Shown here one piece after another: positions 12,121 through 28,500 of a stretch of DNA of 64,000 nt. The notes beneath the pieces were generated by a model, which saw only the letters and a list, made by a program, of their open reading frames with translations, was not told the DNA's origin and did no database searches. The translations under genes and the position numbers were made by a program. Each line of letters opens with the position of its first letter. Position 1 is the first letter of the stretch. The stretch is taken from positions 124,001 through 188,000 of the forward strand of contig CDRNVI010000177.1 in assembly GCA_977017575.1 (NCBI GenBank), in the 5' to 3' direction. Source of the DNA: Paramoeba atlantica. Lineage: Eukaryota; Protista; Discosea.

Positions 12121-13557
12121 GCAAGACAACTATTTAAGATAAGAAAAGCTTTGGTATTATCTTTGAGCTTTAAAAATCAACATCTTATAATCACTTTTAG
12201 AATAAAAATTTTATCAATTCAATAAGAAAATAACTTATTATTAATATTTGGTGATGAAAATAATATTACATGACACCACTCATTCACTGAAAGATTATAC
12301 ATCACCTTTAAGTCTGAAACAAAGGATATTGTTTTGATAATTGCAAGAATTAAAATTTTTTTTTTTTCTTTTTAAAACAAACTTTATTCAATTAGTAGTT
12401 CTTAATCTAAACCATTTGAATTACATTAAATTATATTTATTTTTAACCTTTAATAAGAGGTGAAGTTTTAAACTTCAGCTTAGTTCAGTTGGTCTTGATG
12501 CTGAACTTTAGAACTTCTGTAAGTTTAGGTTGGAGGATGTACATTAAAAAGAAGAATAATCCAAAGCTCTTTCCAAAGGAATTTATTCTCAACTTTTTAG
12601 TAGACAAGACTAAGATGTAACCTGTTCTGATTTTCACACTTCTTCAAAAGCTCCTCACTTCAATTAAATTATTCTACAGTACCAGAAAAATTTTCCATAA
12701 TATCAAAAAACTGGAATTTAAATTCACCCCCCCCAAGGTCAAATATAGTCAAATTTACGACTAAACTACAGGCACCAACTCAATTGCAAAAATTGAAAAA
12801 CTTCATCTAATAATACCAACTATAAGCATTAAAGTGATATAGAATTCATTTCAAGAGGAATAATATATATGGAAGCAATTATATATTAAAACAACTTTGA
12901 ATTTTTTAGTATCTTTTTTACAATTAAAATCAGTTTCATTAATATTTATGATCAATTGAGAGTAAGCAACATCAATCTTTTCTTGCAATTCTTTTACATT
13001 TTGTTTTAGCTTTTCCTCAAACAAACTACACTTCTCTGCCTCAAGTGGCTCTGAATTAATAAAAAAAAATTGTTTTTCATTCTAAACAAAGGAATAAATC
13101 CTAGTGAAAGAGATTGCTTTTGAGAAAGTGGTATTAATCTAATCTTTGAAGGTGGTTTGGGTCAATGAAACTTGGTTTTCATTACATTTTTACATATACT
13201 TAACAATTTTATCAATTTGAAAAGGTTCAATCTTTGTAGAGTGTTTTCACATCTTTGATTTCACTCCAAAAAGCAAATTACCTCAGATTTTGAAAAGTTT
13301 TCTGTTTTGCTGTTAGTTAATTTGAAAACAACTTATATTTGTGAAAGTTATCATTCATTCTTTCTCATCTGAACTATTAAAAATTAATTTTTCATAAAAA
13401 CAATAATATTACTTTATTAAAGTTTAACAGAGAGTTAACTTTTCTCATTCAAAGGTTTTATAAAAAAGAATGTATTCATAAACTAAAAGTTTTAAATTTT
13501 ACAATGAAATTACTTCAACAAAAAGGGCAAAAAATTTTCTCTTTTTTTTTGTTAAAG

Positions 13558-16500
13558 ACAAAAAAATAATATGAAAAAAATGAAATAAAAAATAAATCAA
13601 ATACATCAACCAAAAACAATTAAGAAATTTTATTGAACCAACTTAAAAAATATCACAGATCTGAAAAATAAGTTCTAAAAATATCAAAGAATCAGAAAAT
13701 AAATTAAAAAATTGCATTCAATATGGAGACATAATTAAGAAATTGAAATTACAAAAAATTAATGTGAAAAAAAGAAAATAAAAAATAAATCAAATACATC
13801 AATTCAAAACAATTAAGAAATTTTATTGAACCAACTTAAAAAATATCATAGATCTGAAAAATAAGTTCTAAAAATATCAGAAAATCAGAAAATAAATTAA
13901 GGAATTGCATTCAATATGGAGACATAATTAAGAAATTGAAATTACAAAAAAATAATATGAAAAAAATGAAATAAAAAATAAATCAAATACATCAACCAAA
14001 AACAATTAAGAAATTTTATTGAACCAACTTAAAAAATATCACAGATCTGAAAAATAAGTTCTAAAAATATCAAAGAATCAGAAAATAAATTAAAAAATTG
14101 CATTCAATATGGAGACATAATTAAGAAATTGAAATTACAAAAAATTAATGTGAAAAAAAGAAAATAAAAAATAAATCAAATACATCAATTCAAAACAATT
14201 AAGAAATTTTATTGAACCAACTTAAAAAATATCATAGATCTGAAAAATAAGTTCTAAAAATATCAGAAAATCAGAAAATAAATTAAGGAATTGCATTCAA
14301 TATGGAGACATAATTAAGAAATTGAAATTACAAAAAAATAATATGAAAAAAATGAAATAAAAAATAAATCAAATACATCAACCAAAAACAATTAAGAAAT
14401 TTTATTGAACCAACTTAAAAAATATCACAGATCTGAAAAATAAGTTCTAAAAATATCAAAGAATCAGAAAATAAATTAAAAAATTGCATTCAATATGGAG
14501 ACATAATTAAGAAATTGAAATTACAAAAAATTAATGTGAAAAAAAGAAAATAAAAAATAAATCAAATACATCAATTCAAAACAATTAAGAAATTTTATTG
14601 AACCAACTTAAAAAATATCATAGATCTGAAAAATAAGTTCTAAAAATATCAGAAAATCAGAAAATAAATTAAGGAATTGCATTCAATATGGAGACATAAT
14701 TAAGAAATTGAAATTACAAAAAAATAATATGAAAAAAATGAAATAAAAAATAAATCAAATACATCAACCAAAAACAATTAAGAAATTTTATTGAACCAAC
14801 TTAAAAAATATCACAGATCTGAAAAATAAGTTCTAAAAATATCAAAGAATCAGAAAATAAATTAAAAAATTGCATTCAATATGGAGACATAATTAAGAAA
14901 TTGAAATTACAAAAAATTAATGTGAAAAAAAGAAAATAAAAAATAAATCAAATACATCAATTCAAAACAATTAAGAAATTTTATTGAACCAACTTAAAAA
15001 ATATCATAGATCTGAAAAATAAGTTCTAAAAATATCAGAAAATCAGAAAATAAATTAAGGAATTGCATTCAATATGGAGACATAATTAAGAAATTGAAAT
15101 TACAAAAAAATAATATGAAAAAAATGAAATAAAAAATAAATCAAATACATCAACCAAAAACAATTAAGAAATTTTATTGAACCAACTTAAAAAATATCAC
15201 AGATCTGAAAAATAAGTTCTAAAAATATCAAAGAATCAGAAAATAAATTAAAAAATTGCATTCAATATGGAGACATAATTAAGAAATTGAAATTACAAAA
15301 AATTAATGTGAAAAAAAGAAAATAAAAAATAAATCAAATACATCAATTCAAAACAATTAAGAAATTTTATTGAACCAACTTAAAAAATATCATAGATCTG
15401 AAAAATAAGTTCTAAAAATATCAGAAAATCAGAAAATAAATTAAGGAATTGCATTCAATATGGAGACATAATTAAGAAATTGAAATTACAAAAAAATAAT
15501 ATGAAAAAAATGAAATAAAAAATAAATCAAATACATCAACCAAAAACAATTAAGAAATTTTATTGAACCAACTTAAAAAATATCACAGATCTGAAAAATA
15601 AGTTCTAAAAATATCAAAGAATCAGAAAATAAATTAAAAAATTGCATTCAATATGGAGACATAATTAAGAAATTGAAATTACAAAAAATTAATGTGAAAA
15701 AAAGAAAATAAAAAATAAATCAAATACATCAATTCAAAACAATTAAGAAATTTTATTGAACCAACTTAAAAAATATCATAGATCTGAAAAATAAGTTCTA
15801 AAAATATCAGAAAATCAGAAAATAAATTAAGGAATTGCATTCAATATGGAGACATAATTAAGAAATTGAAATTACAAAAAAATAATATGAAAAAAATGAA
15901 ATAAAAAATAAATCAAATACATCAACCAAAAACAATTAAGAAATTTTATTGAACCAACTTAAAAAATATCACAGATCTGAAAAATAAGTTCTAAAAATAT
16001 CAAAGAATCAGAAAATAAATTAAAAAATTGCATTCAATATGGAGACATAATTAAGAAATTGAAATTACAAAAAATTAATGTGAAAAAAAGAAAATAAAAA
16101 ATAAATCAAATACATCAATTCAAAACAATTAAGAAATTTTATTGAACCAACTTAAAAAATATCATAGATCTGAAAAATAAGTTCTAAAAATATCAGAAAA
16201 TCAGAAAATAAATTAAGGAATTGCATTCAATATGGAGACATAATTAAGAAATTGAAATTACAAAAAAATAATATGAAAAAAATGAAATAAAAAATAAATC
16301 AAATACATCAACCAAAAACAATTAAGAAATTTTATTGAACCAACTTAAAAAATATCACAGATCTGAAAAATAAGTTCTAAAAATATCAAAGAATCAGAAA
16401 ATAAATTAAAAAATTGCATTCAATATGGAGACATAATTAAGAAATTGAAATTACAAAAAATTAATGTGAAAAAAAGAAAATAAAAAATAAATCAAATACA

Positions 16501-19500
16501 TCAATTCAAAACAATTAAGAAATTTTATTGAACCAACTTAAAAAATATCATAGATCTGAAAAATAAGTTCTAAAAATATCAGAAAATCAGAAAATAAATT
16601 AAGGAATTGCATTCAATATGGAGACATAATTAAGAAATTGAAATTACAAAAAAATAATATGAAAAAAATGAAATAAAAAATAAATCAAATACATCAACCA
16701 AAAACAATTAAGAAATTTTATTGAACCAACTTAAAAAATATCACAGATCTGAAAAATAAGTTCTAAAAATATCAAAGAATCAGAAAATAAATTAAAAAAT
16801 TGCATTCAATATGGAGACATAATTAAGAAATTGAAATTACAAAAAATTAATGTGAAAAAAAGAAAATAAAAAATAAATCAAATACATCAATTCAAAACAA
16901 TTAAGAAATTTTATTGAACCAACTTAAAAAATATCATAGATCTGAAAAATAAGTTCTAAAAATATCAGAAAATCAGAAAATAAATTAAGGAATTGCATTC
17001 AATATGGAGACATAATTAAGAAATTGAAATTACAAAAAAATAATATGAAAAAAATGAAATAAAAAATAAATCAAATACATCAACCAAAAACAATTAAGAA
17101 ATTTTATTGAACCAACTTAAAAAATATCACAGATCTGAAAAATAAGTTCTAAAAATATCAAAGAATCAGAAAATAAATTAAAAAATTGCATTCAATATGG
17201 AGACATAATTAAGAAATTGAAATTACAAAAAATTAATGTGAAAAAAAGAAAATAAAAAATAAATCAAATACATCAATTCAAAACAATTAAGAAATTTTAT
17301 TGAACCAACTTAAAAAATATCATAGATCTGAAAAATAAGTTCTAAAAATATCAGAAAATCAGAAAATAAATTAAGGAATTGCATTCAATATGGAGACATA
17401 ATTAAGAAATTGAAATTACAAAAAAATAATATGAAAAAAATGAAATAAAAAATAAATCAAATACATCAACCAAAAACAATTAAGAAATTTTATTGAACCA
17501 ACTTAAAAAATATCACAGATCTGAAAAATAAGTTCTAAAAATATCAAAGAATCAGAAAATAAATTAAAAAATTGCATTCAATATGGAGACATAATTAAGA
17601 AATTGAAATTACAAAAAATTAATGTGAAAAAAAGAAAATAAAAAATAAATCAAATACATCAATTCAAAACAATTAAGAAATTTTATTGAACCAACTTAAA
17701 AAATATCATAGATCTGAAAAATAAGTTCTAAAAATATCAGAAAATCAGAAAATAAATTAAGGAATTGCATTCAATATGGAGACATAATTAAGAAATTGAA
17801 ATTACAAAAAAATAATATGAAAAAAATGAAATAAAAAATAAATCAAATACATCAACCAAAAACAATTAAGAAATTTTATTGAACCAACTTAAAAAATATC
17901 ACAGATCTGAAAAATAAGTTCTAAAAATATCAAAGAATCAGAAAATAAATTAAAAAATTGCATTCAATATGGAGACATAATTAAGAAATTGAAATTACAA
18001 AAAATTAATGTGAAAAAAAGAAAATAAAAAATAAATCAAATACATCAATTCAAAACAATTAAGAAATTTTATTGAACCAACTTAAAAAATATCATAGATC
18101 TGAAAAATAAGTTCTAAAAATATCAGAAAATCAGAAAATAAATTAAGGAATTGCATTCAATATGGAGACATAATTAAGAAATTGAAATTACAAAAAAATA
18201 ATATGAAAAAAATGAAATAAAAAATAAATCAAATACATCAACCAAAAACAATTAAGAAATTTTATTGAACCAACTTAAAAAATATCACAGATCTGAAAAA
18301 TAAGTTCTAAAAATATCAAAGAATCAGAAAATAAATTAAAAAATTGCATTCAATATGGAGACATAATTAAGAAATTGAAATTACAAAAAATTAATGTGAA
18401 AAAAAGAAAATAAAAAATAAATCAAATACATCAATTCAAAACAATTAAGAAATTTTATTGAACCAACTTAAAAAATATCATAGATCTGAAAAATAAGTTC
18501 TAAAAATATCAGAAAATCAGAAAATAAATTAAGGAATTGCATTCAATATGGAGACATAATTAAGAAATTGAAATTACAAAAAAATAATATGAAAAAAATG
18601 AAATAAAAAATAAATCAAATACATCAACCAAAAACAATTAAGAAATTTTATTGAACCAACTTAAAAAATATCACAGATCTGAAAAATAAGTTCTAAAAAT
18701 ATCAAAGAATCAGAAAATAAATTAAAAAATTGCATTCAATATGGAGACATAATTAAGAAATTGAAATTACAAAAAATTAATGTGAAAAAAAGAAAATAAA
18801 AAATAAATCAAATACATCAATTCAAAACAATTAAGAAATTTTATTGAACCAACTTAAAAAATATCATAGATCTGAAAAATAAGTTCTAAAAATATCAGAA
18901 AATCAGAAAATAAATTAAGGAATTGCATTCAATATGGAGACATAATTAAGAAATTGAAATTACAAAAAAATAATATGAAAAAAATGAAATAAAAAATAAA
19001 TCAAATACATCAACCAAAAACAATTAAGAAATTTTATTGAACCAACTTAAAAAATATCACAGATCTGAAAAATAAGTTCTAAAAATATCAAAGAATCAGA
19101 AAATAAATTAAAAAATTGCATTCAATATGGAGACATAATTAAGAAATTGAAATTACAAAAAATTAATGTGAAAAAAAGAAAATAAAAAATAAATCAAATA
19201 CATCAATTCAAAACAATTAAGAAATTTTATTGAACCAACTTAAAAAATATCATAGATCTGAAAAATAAGTTCTAAAAATATCAGAAAATCAGAAAATAAA
19301 TTAAGGAATTGCATTCAATATGGAGACATAATTAAGAAATTGAAATTACAAAAAAATAATATGAAAAAAATGAAATAAAAAATAAATCAAATACATCAAC
19401 CAAAAACAATTAAGAAATTTTATTGAACCAACTTAAAAAATATCACAGATCTGAAAAATAAGTTCTAAAAATATCAAAGAATCAGAAAATAAATTAAAAA

Positions 19501-22500
19501 ATTGCATTCAATATGGAGACATAATTAAGAAATTGAAATTACAAAAAATTAATGTGAAAAAAAGAAAATAAAAAATAAATCAAATACATCAATTCAAAAC
19601 AATTAAGAAATTTTATTGAACCAACTTAAAAAATATCATAGATCTGAAAAATAAGTTCTAAAAATATCAGAAAATCAGAAAATAAATTAAGGAATTGCAT
19701 TCAATATGGAGACATAATTAAGAAATTGAAATTACAAAAAAATAATATGAAAAAAATGAAATAAAAAATAAATCAAATACATCAACCAAAAACAATTAAG
19801 AAATTTTATTGAACCAACTTAAAAAATATCACAGATCTGAAAAATAAGTTCTAAAAATATCAAAGAATCAGAAAATAAATTAAAAAATTGCATTCAATAT
19901 GGAGACATAATTAAGAAATTGAAATTACAAAAAATTAATGTGAAAAAAAGAAAATAAAAAATAAATCAAATACATCAATTCAAAACAATTAAGAAATTTT
20001 ATTGAACCAACTTAAAAAATATCATAGATCTGAAAAATAAGTTCTAAAAATATCAGAAAATCAGAAAATAAATTAAGGAATTGCATTCAATATGGAGACA
20101 TAATTAAGAAATTGAAATTACAAAAAAATAATATGAAAAAAATGAAATAAAAAATAAATCAAATACATCAACCAAAAACAATTAAGAAATTTTATTGAAC
20201 CAACTTAAAAAATATCACAGATCTGAAAAATAAGTTCTAAAAATATCAAAGAATCAGAAAATAAATTAAAAAATTGCATTCAATATGGAGACATAATTAA
20301 GAAATTGAAATTACAAAAAATTAATGTGAAAAAAAGAAAATAAAAAATAAATCAAATACATCAATTCAAAACAATTAAGAAATTTTATTGAACCAACTTA
20401 AAAAATATCATAGATCTGAAAAATAAGTTCTAAAAATATCAGAAAATCAGAAAATAAATTAAGGAATTGCATTCAATATGGAGACATAATTAAGAAATTG
20501 AAATTACAAAAAAATAATATGAAAAAAATGAAATAAAAAATAAATCAAATACATCAACCAAAAACAATTAAGAAATTTTATTGAACCAACTTAAAAAATA
20601 TCACAGATCTGAAAAATAAGTTCTAAAAATATCAAAGAATCAGAAAATAAATTAAAAAATTGCATTCAATATGGAGACATAATTAAGAAATTGAAATTAC
20701 AAAAAATTAATGTGAAAAAAAGAAAATAAAAAATAAATCAAATACATCAATTCAAAACAATTAAGAAATTTTATTGAACCAACTTAAAAAATATCATAGA
20801 TCTGAAAAATAAGTTCTAAAAATATCAGAAAATCAGAAAATAAATTAAGGAATTGCATTCAATATGGAGACATAATTAAGAAATTGAAATTACAAAAAAA
20901 TAATATGAAAAAAATGAAATAAAAAATAAATCAAATACATCAACCAAAAACAATTAAGAAATTTTATTGAACCAACTTAAAAAATATCACAGATCTGAAA
21001 AATAAGTTCTAAAAATATCAAAGAATCAGAAAATAAATTAAAAAATTGCATTCAATATGGAGACATAATTAAGAAATTGAAATTACAAAAAATTAATGTG
21101 AAAAAAAGAAAATAAAAAATAAATCAAATACATCAATTCAAAACAATTAAGAAATTTTATTGAACCAACTTAAAAAATATCATAGATCTGAAAAATAAGT
21201 TCTAAAAATATCAGAAAATCAGAAAATAAATTAAGGAATTGCATTCAATATGGAGACATAATTAAGAAATTGAAATTACAAAAAAATAATATGAAAAAAA
21301 TGAAATAAAAAATAAATCAAATACATCAACCAAAAACAATTAAGAAATTTTATTGAACCAACTTAAAAAATATCACAGATCTGAAAAATAAGTTCTAAAA
21401 ATATCAAAGAATCAGAAAATAAATTAAAAAATTGCATTCAATATGGAGACATAATTAAGAAATTGAAATTACAAAAAATTAATGTGAAAAAAAGAAAATA
21501 AAAAATAAATCAAATACATCAATTCAAAACAATTAAGAAATTTTATTGAACCAACTTAAAAAATATCATAGATCTGAAAAATAAGTTCTAAAAATATCAG
21601 AAAATCAGAAAATAAATTAAGGAATTGCATTCAATATGGAGACATAATTAAGAAATTGAAATTACAAAAAAATAATATGAAAAAAATGAAATAAAAAATA
21701 AATCAAATACATCAACCAAAAACAATTAAGAAATTTTATTGAACCAACTTAAAAAATATCACAGATCTGAAAAATAAGTTCTAAAAATATCAAAGAATCA
21801 GAAAATAAATTAAAAAATTGCATTCAATATGGAGACATAATTAAGAAATTGAAATTACAAAAAATTAATGTGAAAAAAAGAAAATAAAAAATAAATCAAA
21901 TACATCAATTCAAAACAATTAAGAAATTTTATTGAACCAACTTAAAAAATATCATAGATCTGAAAAATAAGTTCTAAAAATATCAGAAAATCAGAAAATA
22001 AATTAAGGAATTGCATTCAATATGGAGACATAATTAAGAAATTGAAATTACAAAAAAATAATATGAAAAAAATGAAATAAAAAATAAATCAAATACATCA
22101 ACCAAAAACAATTAAGAAATTTTATTGAACCAACTTAAAAAATATCACAGATCTGAAAAATAAGTTCTAAAAATATCAAAGAATCAGAAAATAAATTAAA
22201 AAATTGCATTCAATATGGAGACATAATTAAGAAATTGAAATTACAAAAAATTAATGTGAAAAAAAGAAAATAAAAAATAAATCAAATACATCAATTCAAA
22301 ACAATTAAGAAATTTTATTGAACCAACTTAAAAAATATCATAGATCTGAAAAATAAGTTCTAAAAATATCAGAAAATCAGAAAATAAATTAAGGAATTGC
22401 ATTCAATATGGAGACATAATTAAGAAATTGAAATTACAAAAAAATAATATGAAAAAAATGAAATAAAAAATAAATCAAATACATCAACCAAAAACAATTA

Positions 22501-25500
22501 AGAAATTTTATTGAACCAACTTAAAAAATATCACAGATCTGAAAAATAAGTTCTAAAAATATCAAAGAATCAGAAAATAAATTAAAAAATTGCATTCAAT
22601 ATGGAGACATAATTAAGAAATTGAAATTACAAAAAATTAATGTGAAAAAAAGAAAATAAAAAATAAATCAAATACATCAATTCAAAACAATTAAGAAATT
22701 TTATTGAACCAACTTAAAAAATATCATAGATCTGAAAAATAAGTTCTAAAAATATCAGAAAATCAGAAAATAAATTAAGGAATTGCATTCAATATGGAGA
22801 CATAATTAAGAAATTGAAATTACAAAAAAATAATATGAAAAAAATGAAATAAAAAATAAATCAAATACATCAACCAAAAACAATTAAGAAATTTTATTGA
22901 ACCAACTTAAAAAATATCACAGATCTGAAAAATAAGTTCTAAAAATATCAAAGAATCAGAAAATAAATTAAAAAATTGCATTCAATATGGAGACATAATT
23001 AAGAAATTGAAATTACAAAAAATTAATGTGAAAAAAAGAAAATAAAAAATAAATCAAATACATCAATTCAAAACAATTAAGAAATTTTATTGAACCAACT
23101 TAAAAAATATCATAGATCTGAAAAATAAGTTCTAAAAATATCAGAAAATCAGAAAATAAATTAAGGAATTGCATTCAATATGGAGACATAATTAAGAAAT
23201 TGAAATTACAAAAAAATAATATGAAAAAAATGAAATAAAAAATAAATCAAATACATCAACCAAAAACAATTAAGAAATTTTATTGAACCAACTTAAAAAA
23301 TATCACAGATCTGAAAAATAAGTTCTAAAAATATCAAAGAATCAGAAAATAAATTAAAAAATTGCATTCAATATGGAGACATAATTAAGAAATTGAAATT
23401 ACAAAAAATTAATGTGAAAAAAAGAAAATAAAAAATAAATCAAATACATCAATTCAAAACAATTAAGAAATTTTATTGAACCAACTTAAAAAATATCATA
23501 GATCTGAAAAATAAGTTCTAAAAATATCAGAAAATCAGAAAATAAATTAAGGAATTGCATTCAATATGGAGACATAATTAAGAAATTGAAATTACAAAAA
23601 AATAATATGAAAAAAATGAAATAAAAAATAAATCAAATACATCAACCAAAAACAATTAAGAAATTTTATTGAACCAACTTAAAAAATATCACAGATCTGA
23701 AAAATAAGTTCTAAAAATATCAAAGAATCAGAAAATAAATTAAAAAATTGCATTCAATATGGAGACATAATTAAGAAATTGAAATTACAAAAAATTAATG
23801 TGAAAAAAAGAAAATAAAAAATAAATCAAATACATCAATTCAAAACAATTAAGAAATTTTATTGAACCAACTTAAAAAATATCATAGATCTGAAAAATAA
23901 GTTCTAAAAATATCAGAAAATCAGAAAATAAATTAAGGAATTGCATTCAATATGGAGACATAATTAAGAAATTGAAATTACAAAAAAATAATATGAAAAA
24001 AATGAAATAAAAAATAAATCAAATACATCAACCAAAAACAATTAAGAAATTTTATTGAACCAACTTAAAAAATATCACAGATCTGAAAAATAAGTTCTAA
24101 AAATATCAAAGAATCAGAAAATAAATTAAAAAATTGCATTCAATATGGAGACATAATTAAGAAATTGAAATTACAAAAAATTAATGTGAAAAAAAGAAAA
24201 TAAAAAATAAATCAAATACATCAATTCAAAACAATTAAGAAATTTTATTGAACCAACTTAAAAAATATCATAGATCTGAAAAATAAGTTCTAAAAATATC
24301 AGAAAATCAGAAAATAAATTAAGGAATTGCATTCAATATGGAGACATAATTAAGAAATTGAAATTACAAAAAAATAATATGAAAAAAATGAAATAAAAAA
24401 TAAATCAAATACATCAACCAAAAACAATTAAGAAATTTTATTGAACCAACTTAAAAAATATCACAGATCTGAAAAATAAGTTCTAAAAATATCAAAGAAT
24501 CAGAAAATAAATTAAAAAATTGCATTCAATATGGAGACATAATTAAGAAATTGAAATTACAAAAAATTAATGTGAAAAAAAGAAAATAAAAAATAAATCA
24601 AATACATCAATTCAAAACAATTAAGAAATTTTATTGAACCAACTTAAAAAATATCATAGATCTGAAAAATAAGTTCTAAAAATATCAGAAAATCAGAAAA
24701 TAAATTAAGGAATTGCATTCAATATGGAGACATAATTAAGAAATTGAAATTACAAAAAAATAATATGAAAAAAATGAAATAAAAAATAAATCAAATACAT
24801 CAACCAAAAACAATTAAGAAATTTTATTGAACCAACTTAAAAAATATCACAGATCTGAAAAATAAGTTCTAAAAATATCAAAGAATCAGAAAATAAATTA
24901 AAAAATTGCATTCAATATGGAGACATAATTAAGAAATTGAAATTACAAAAAATTAATGTGAAAAAAAGAAAATAAAAAATAAATCAAATACATCAATTCA
25001 AAACAATTAAGAAATTTTATTGAACCAACTTAAAAAATATCATAGATCTGAAAAATAAGTTCTAAAAATATCAGAAAATCAGAAAATAAATTAAGGAATT
25101 GCATTCAATATGGAGACATAATTAAGAAATTGAAATTACAAAAAAATAATATGAAAAAAATGAAATAAAAAATAAATCAAATACATCAACCAAAAACAAT
25201 TAAGAAATTTTATTGAACCAACTTAAAAAATATCACAGATCTGAAAAATAAGTTCTAAAAATATCAAAGAATCAGAAAATAAATTAAAAAATTGCATTCA
25301 ATATGGAGACATAATTAAGAAATTGAAATTACAAAAAATTAATGTGAAAAAAAGAAAATAAAAAATAAATCAAATACATCAATTCAAAACAATTAAGAAA
25401 TTTTATTGAACCAACTTAAAAAATATCATAGATCTGAAAAATAAGTTCTAAAAATATCAGAAAATCAGAAAATAAATTAAGGAATTGCATTCAATATGGA

Positions 25501-28500
25501 GACATAATTAAGAAATTGAAATTACAAAAAAATAATATGAAAAAAATGAAATAAAAAATAAATCAAATACATCAACCAAAAACAATTAAGAAATTTTATT
25601 GAACCAACTTAAAAAATATCACAGATCTGAAAAATAAGTTCTAAAAATATCAAAGAATCAGAAAATAAATTAAAAAATTGCATTCAATATGGAGACATAA
25701 TTAAGAAATTGAAATTACAAAAAATTAATGTGAAAAAAAGAAAATAAAAAATAAATCAAATACATCAATTCAAAACAATTAAGAAATTTTATTGAACCAA
25801 CTTAAAAAATATCATAGATCTGAAAAATAAGTTCTAAAAATATCAGAAAATCAGAAAATAAATTAAGGAATTGCATTCAATATGGAGACATAATTAAGAA
25901 ATTGAAATTACAAAAAAATAATATGAAAAAAATGAAATAAAAAATAAATCAAATACATCAACCAAAAACAATTAAGAAATTTTATTGAACCAACTTAAAA
26001 AATATCACAGATCTGAAAAATAAGTTCTAAAAATATCAAAGAATCAGAAAATAAATTAAAAAATTGCATTCAATATGGAGACATAATTAAGAAATTGAAA
26101 TTACAAAAAATTAATGTGAAAAAAAGAAAATAAAAAATAAATCAAATACATCAATTCAAAACAATTAAGAAATTTTATTGAACCAACTTAAAAAATATCA
26201 TAGATCTGAAAAATAAGTTCTAAAAATATCAGAAAATCAGAAAATAAATTAAGGAATTGCATTCAATATGGAGACATAATTAAGAAATTGAAATTACAAA
26301 AAAATAATATGAAAAAAATGAAATAAAAAATAAATCAAATACATCAACCAAAAACAATTAAGAAATTTTATTGAACCAACTTAAAAAATATCACAGATCT
26401 GAAAAATAAGTTCTAAAAATATCAAAGAATCAGAAAATAAATTAAAAAATTGCATTCAATATGGAGACATAATTAAGAAATTGAAATTACAAAAAATTAA
26501 TGTGAAAAAAAGAAAATAAAAAATAAATCAAATACATCAATTCAAAACAATTAAGAAATTTTATTGAACCAACTTAAAAAATATCATAGATCTGAAAAAT
26601 AAGTTCTAAAAATATCAGAAAATCAGAAAATAAATTAAGGAATTGCATTCAATATGGAGACATAATTAAGAAATTGAAATTACAAAAAAATAATATGAAA
26701 AAAATGAAATAAAAAATAAATCAAATACATCAACCAAAAACAATTAAGAAATTTTATTGAACCAACTTAAAAAATATCACAGATCTGAAAAATAAGTTCT
26801 AAAAATATCAAAGAATCAGAAAATAAATTAAAAAATTGCATTCAATATGGAGACATAATTAAGAAATTGAAATTACAAAAAATTAATGTGAAAAAAAGAA
26901 AATAAAAAATAAATCAAATACATCAATTCAAAACAATTAAGAAATTTTATTGAACCAACTTAAAAAATATCATAGATCTGAAAAATAAGTTCTAAAAATA
27001 TCAGAAAATCAGAAAATAAATTAAGGAATTGCATTCAATATGGAGACATAATTAAGAAATTGAAATTACAAAAAAATAATATGAAAAAAATGAAATAAAA
27101 AATAAATCAAATACATCAACCAAAAACAATTAAGAAATTTTATTGAACCAACTTAAAAAATATCACAGATCTGAAAAATAAGTTCTAAAAATATCAAAGA
27201 ATCAGAAAATAAATTAAAAAATTGCATTCAATATGGAGACATAATTAAGAAATTGAAATTACAAAAAATTAATGTGAAAAAAAGAAAATAAAAAATAAAT
27301 CAAATACATCAATTCAAAACAATTAAGAAATTTTATTGAACCAACTTAAAAAATATCATAGATCTGAAAAATAAGTTCTAAAAATATCAGAAAATCAGAA
27401 AATAAATTAAGGAATTGCATTCAATATGGAGACATAATTAAGAAATTGAAATTACAAAAAAATAATATGAAAAAAATGAAATAAAAAATAAATCAAATAC
27501 ATCAACCAAAAACAATTAAGAAATTTTATTGAACCAACTTAAAAAATATCACAGATCTGAAAAATAAGTTCTAAAAATATCAAAGAATCAGAAAATAAAT
27601 TAAAAAATTGCATTCAATATGGAGACATAATTAAGAAATTGAAATTACAAAAAATTAATGTGAAAAAAAGAAAATAAAAAATAAATCAAATACATCAATT
27701 CAAAACAATTAAGAAATTTTATTGAACCAACTTAAAAAATATCATAGATCTGAAAAATAAGTTCTAAAAATATCAGAAAATCAGAAAATAAATTAAGGAA
27801 TTGCATTCAATATGGAGACATAATTAAGAAATTGAAATTACAAAAAAATAATATGAAAAAAATGAAATAAAAAATAAATCAAATACATCAACCAAAAACA
27901 ATTAAGAAATTTTATTGAACCAACTTAAAAAATATCACAGATCTGAAAAATAAGTTCTAAAAATATCAAAGAATCAGAAAATAAATTAAAAAATTGCATT
28001 CAATATGGAGACATAATTAAGAAATTGAAATTACAAAAAATTAATGTGAAAAAAAGAAAATAAAAAATAAATCAAATACATCAATTCAAAACAATTAAGA
28101 AATTTTATTGAACCAACTTAAAAAATATCATAGATCTGAAAAATAAGTTCTAAAAATATCAGAAAATCAGAAAATAAATTAAGGAATTGCATTCAATATG
28201 GAGACATAATTAAGAAATTGAAATTACAAAAAAATAATATGAAAAAAATGAAATAAAAAATAAATCAAATACATCAACCAAAAACAATTAAGAAATTTTA
28301 TTGAACCAACTTAAAAAATATCACAGATCTGAAAAATAAGTTCTAAAAATATCAAAGAATCAGAAAATAAATTAAAAAATTGCATTCAATATGGAGACAT
28401 AATTAAGAAATTGAAATTACAAAAAATTAATGTGAAAAAAAGAAAATAAAAAATAAATCAAATACATCAATTCAAAACAATTAAGAAATTTTATTGAACC

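Noticed and set aside
12720-12750. Minus-strand IFDLGG resembling the Hsp70 IFDLGGGTFD motif
   Set aside because: The G-run gives DLGGVN, there are stops on both sides, and no other Hsp70 motif is present.
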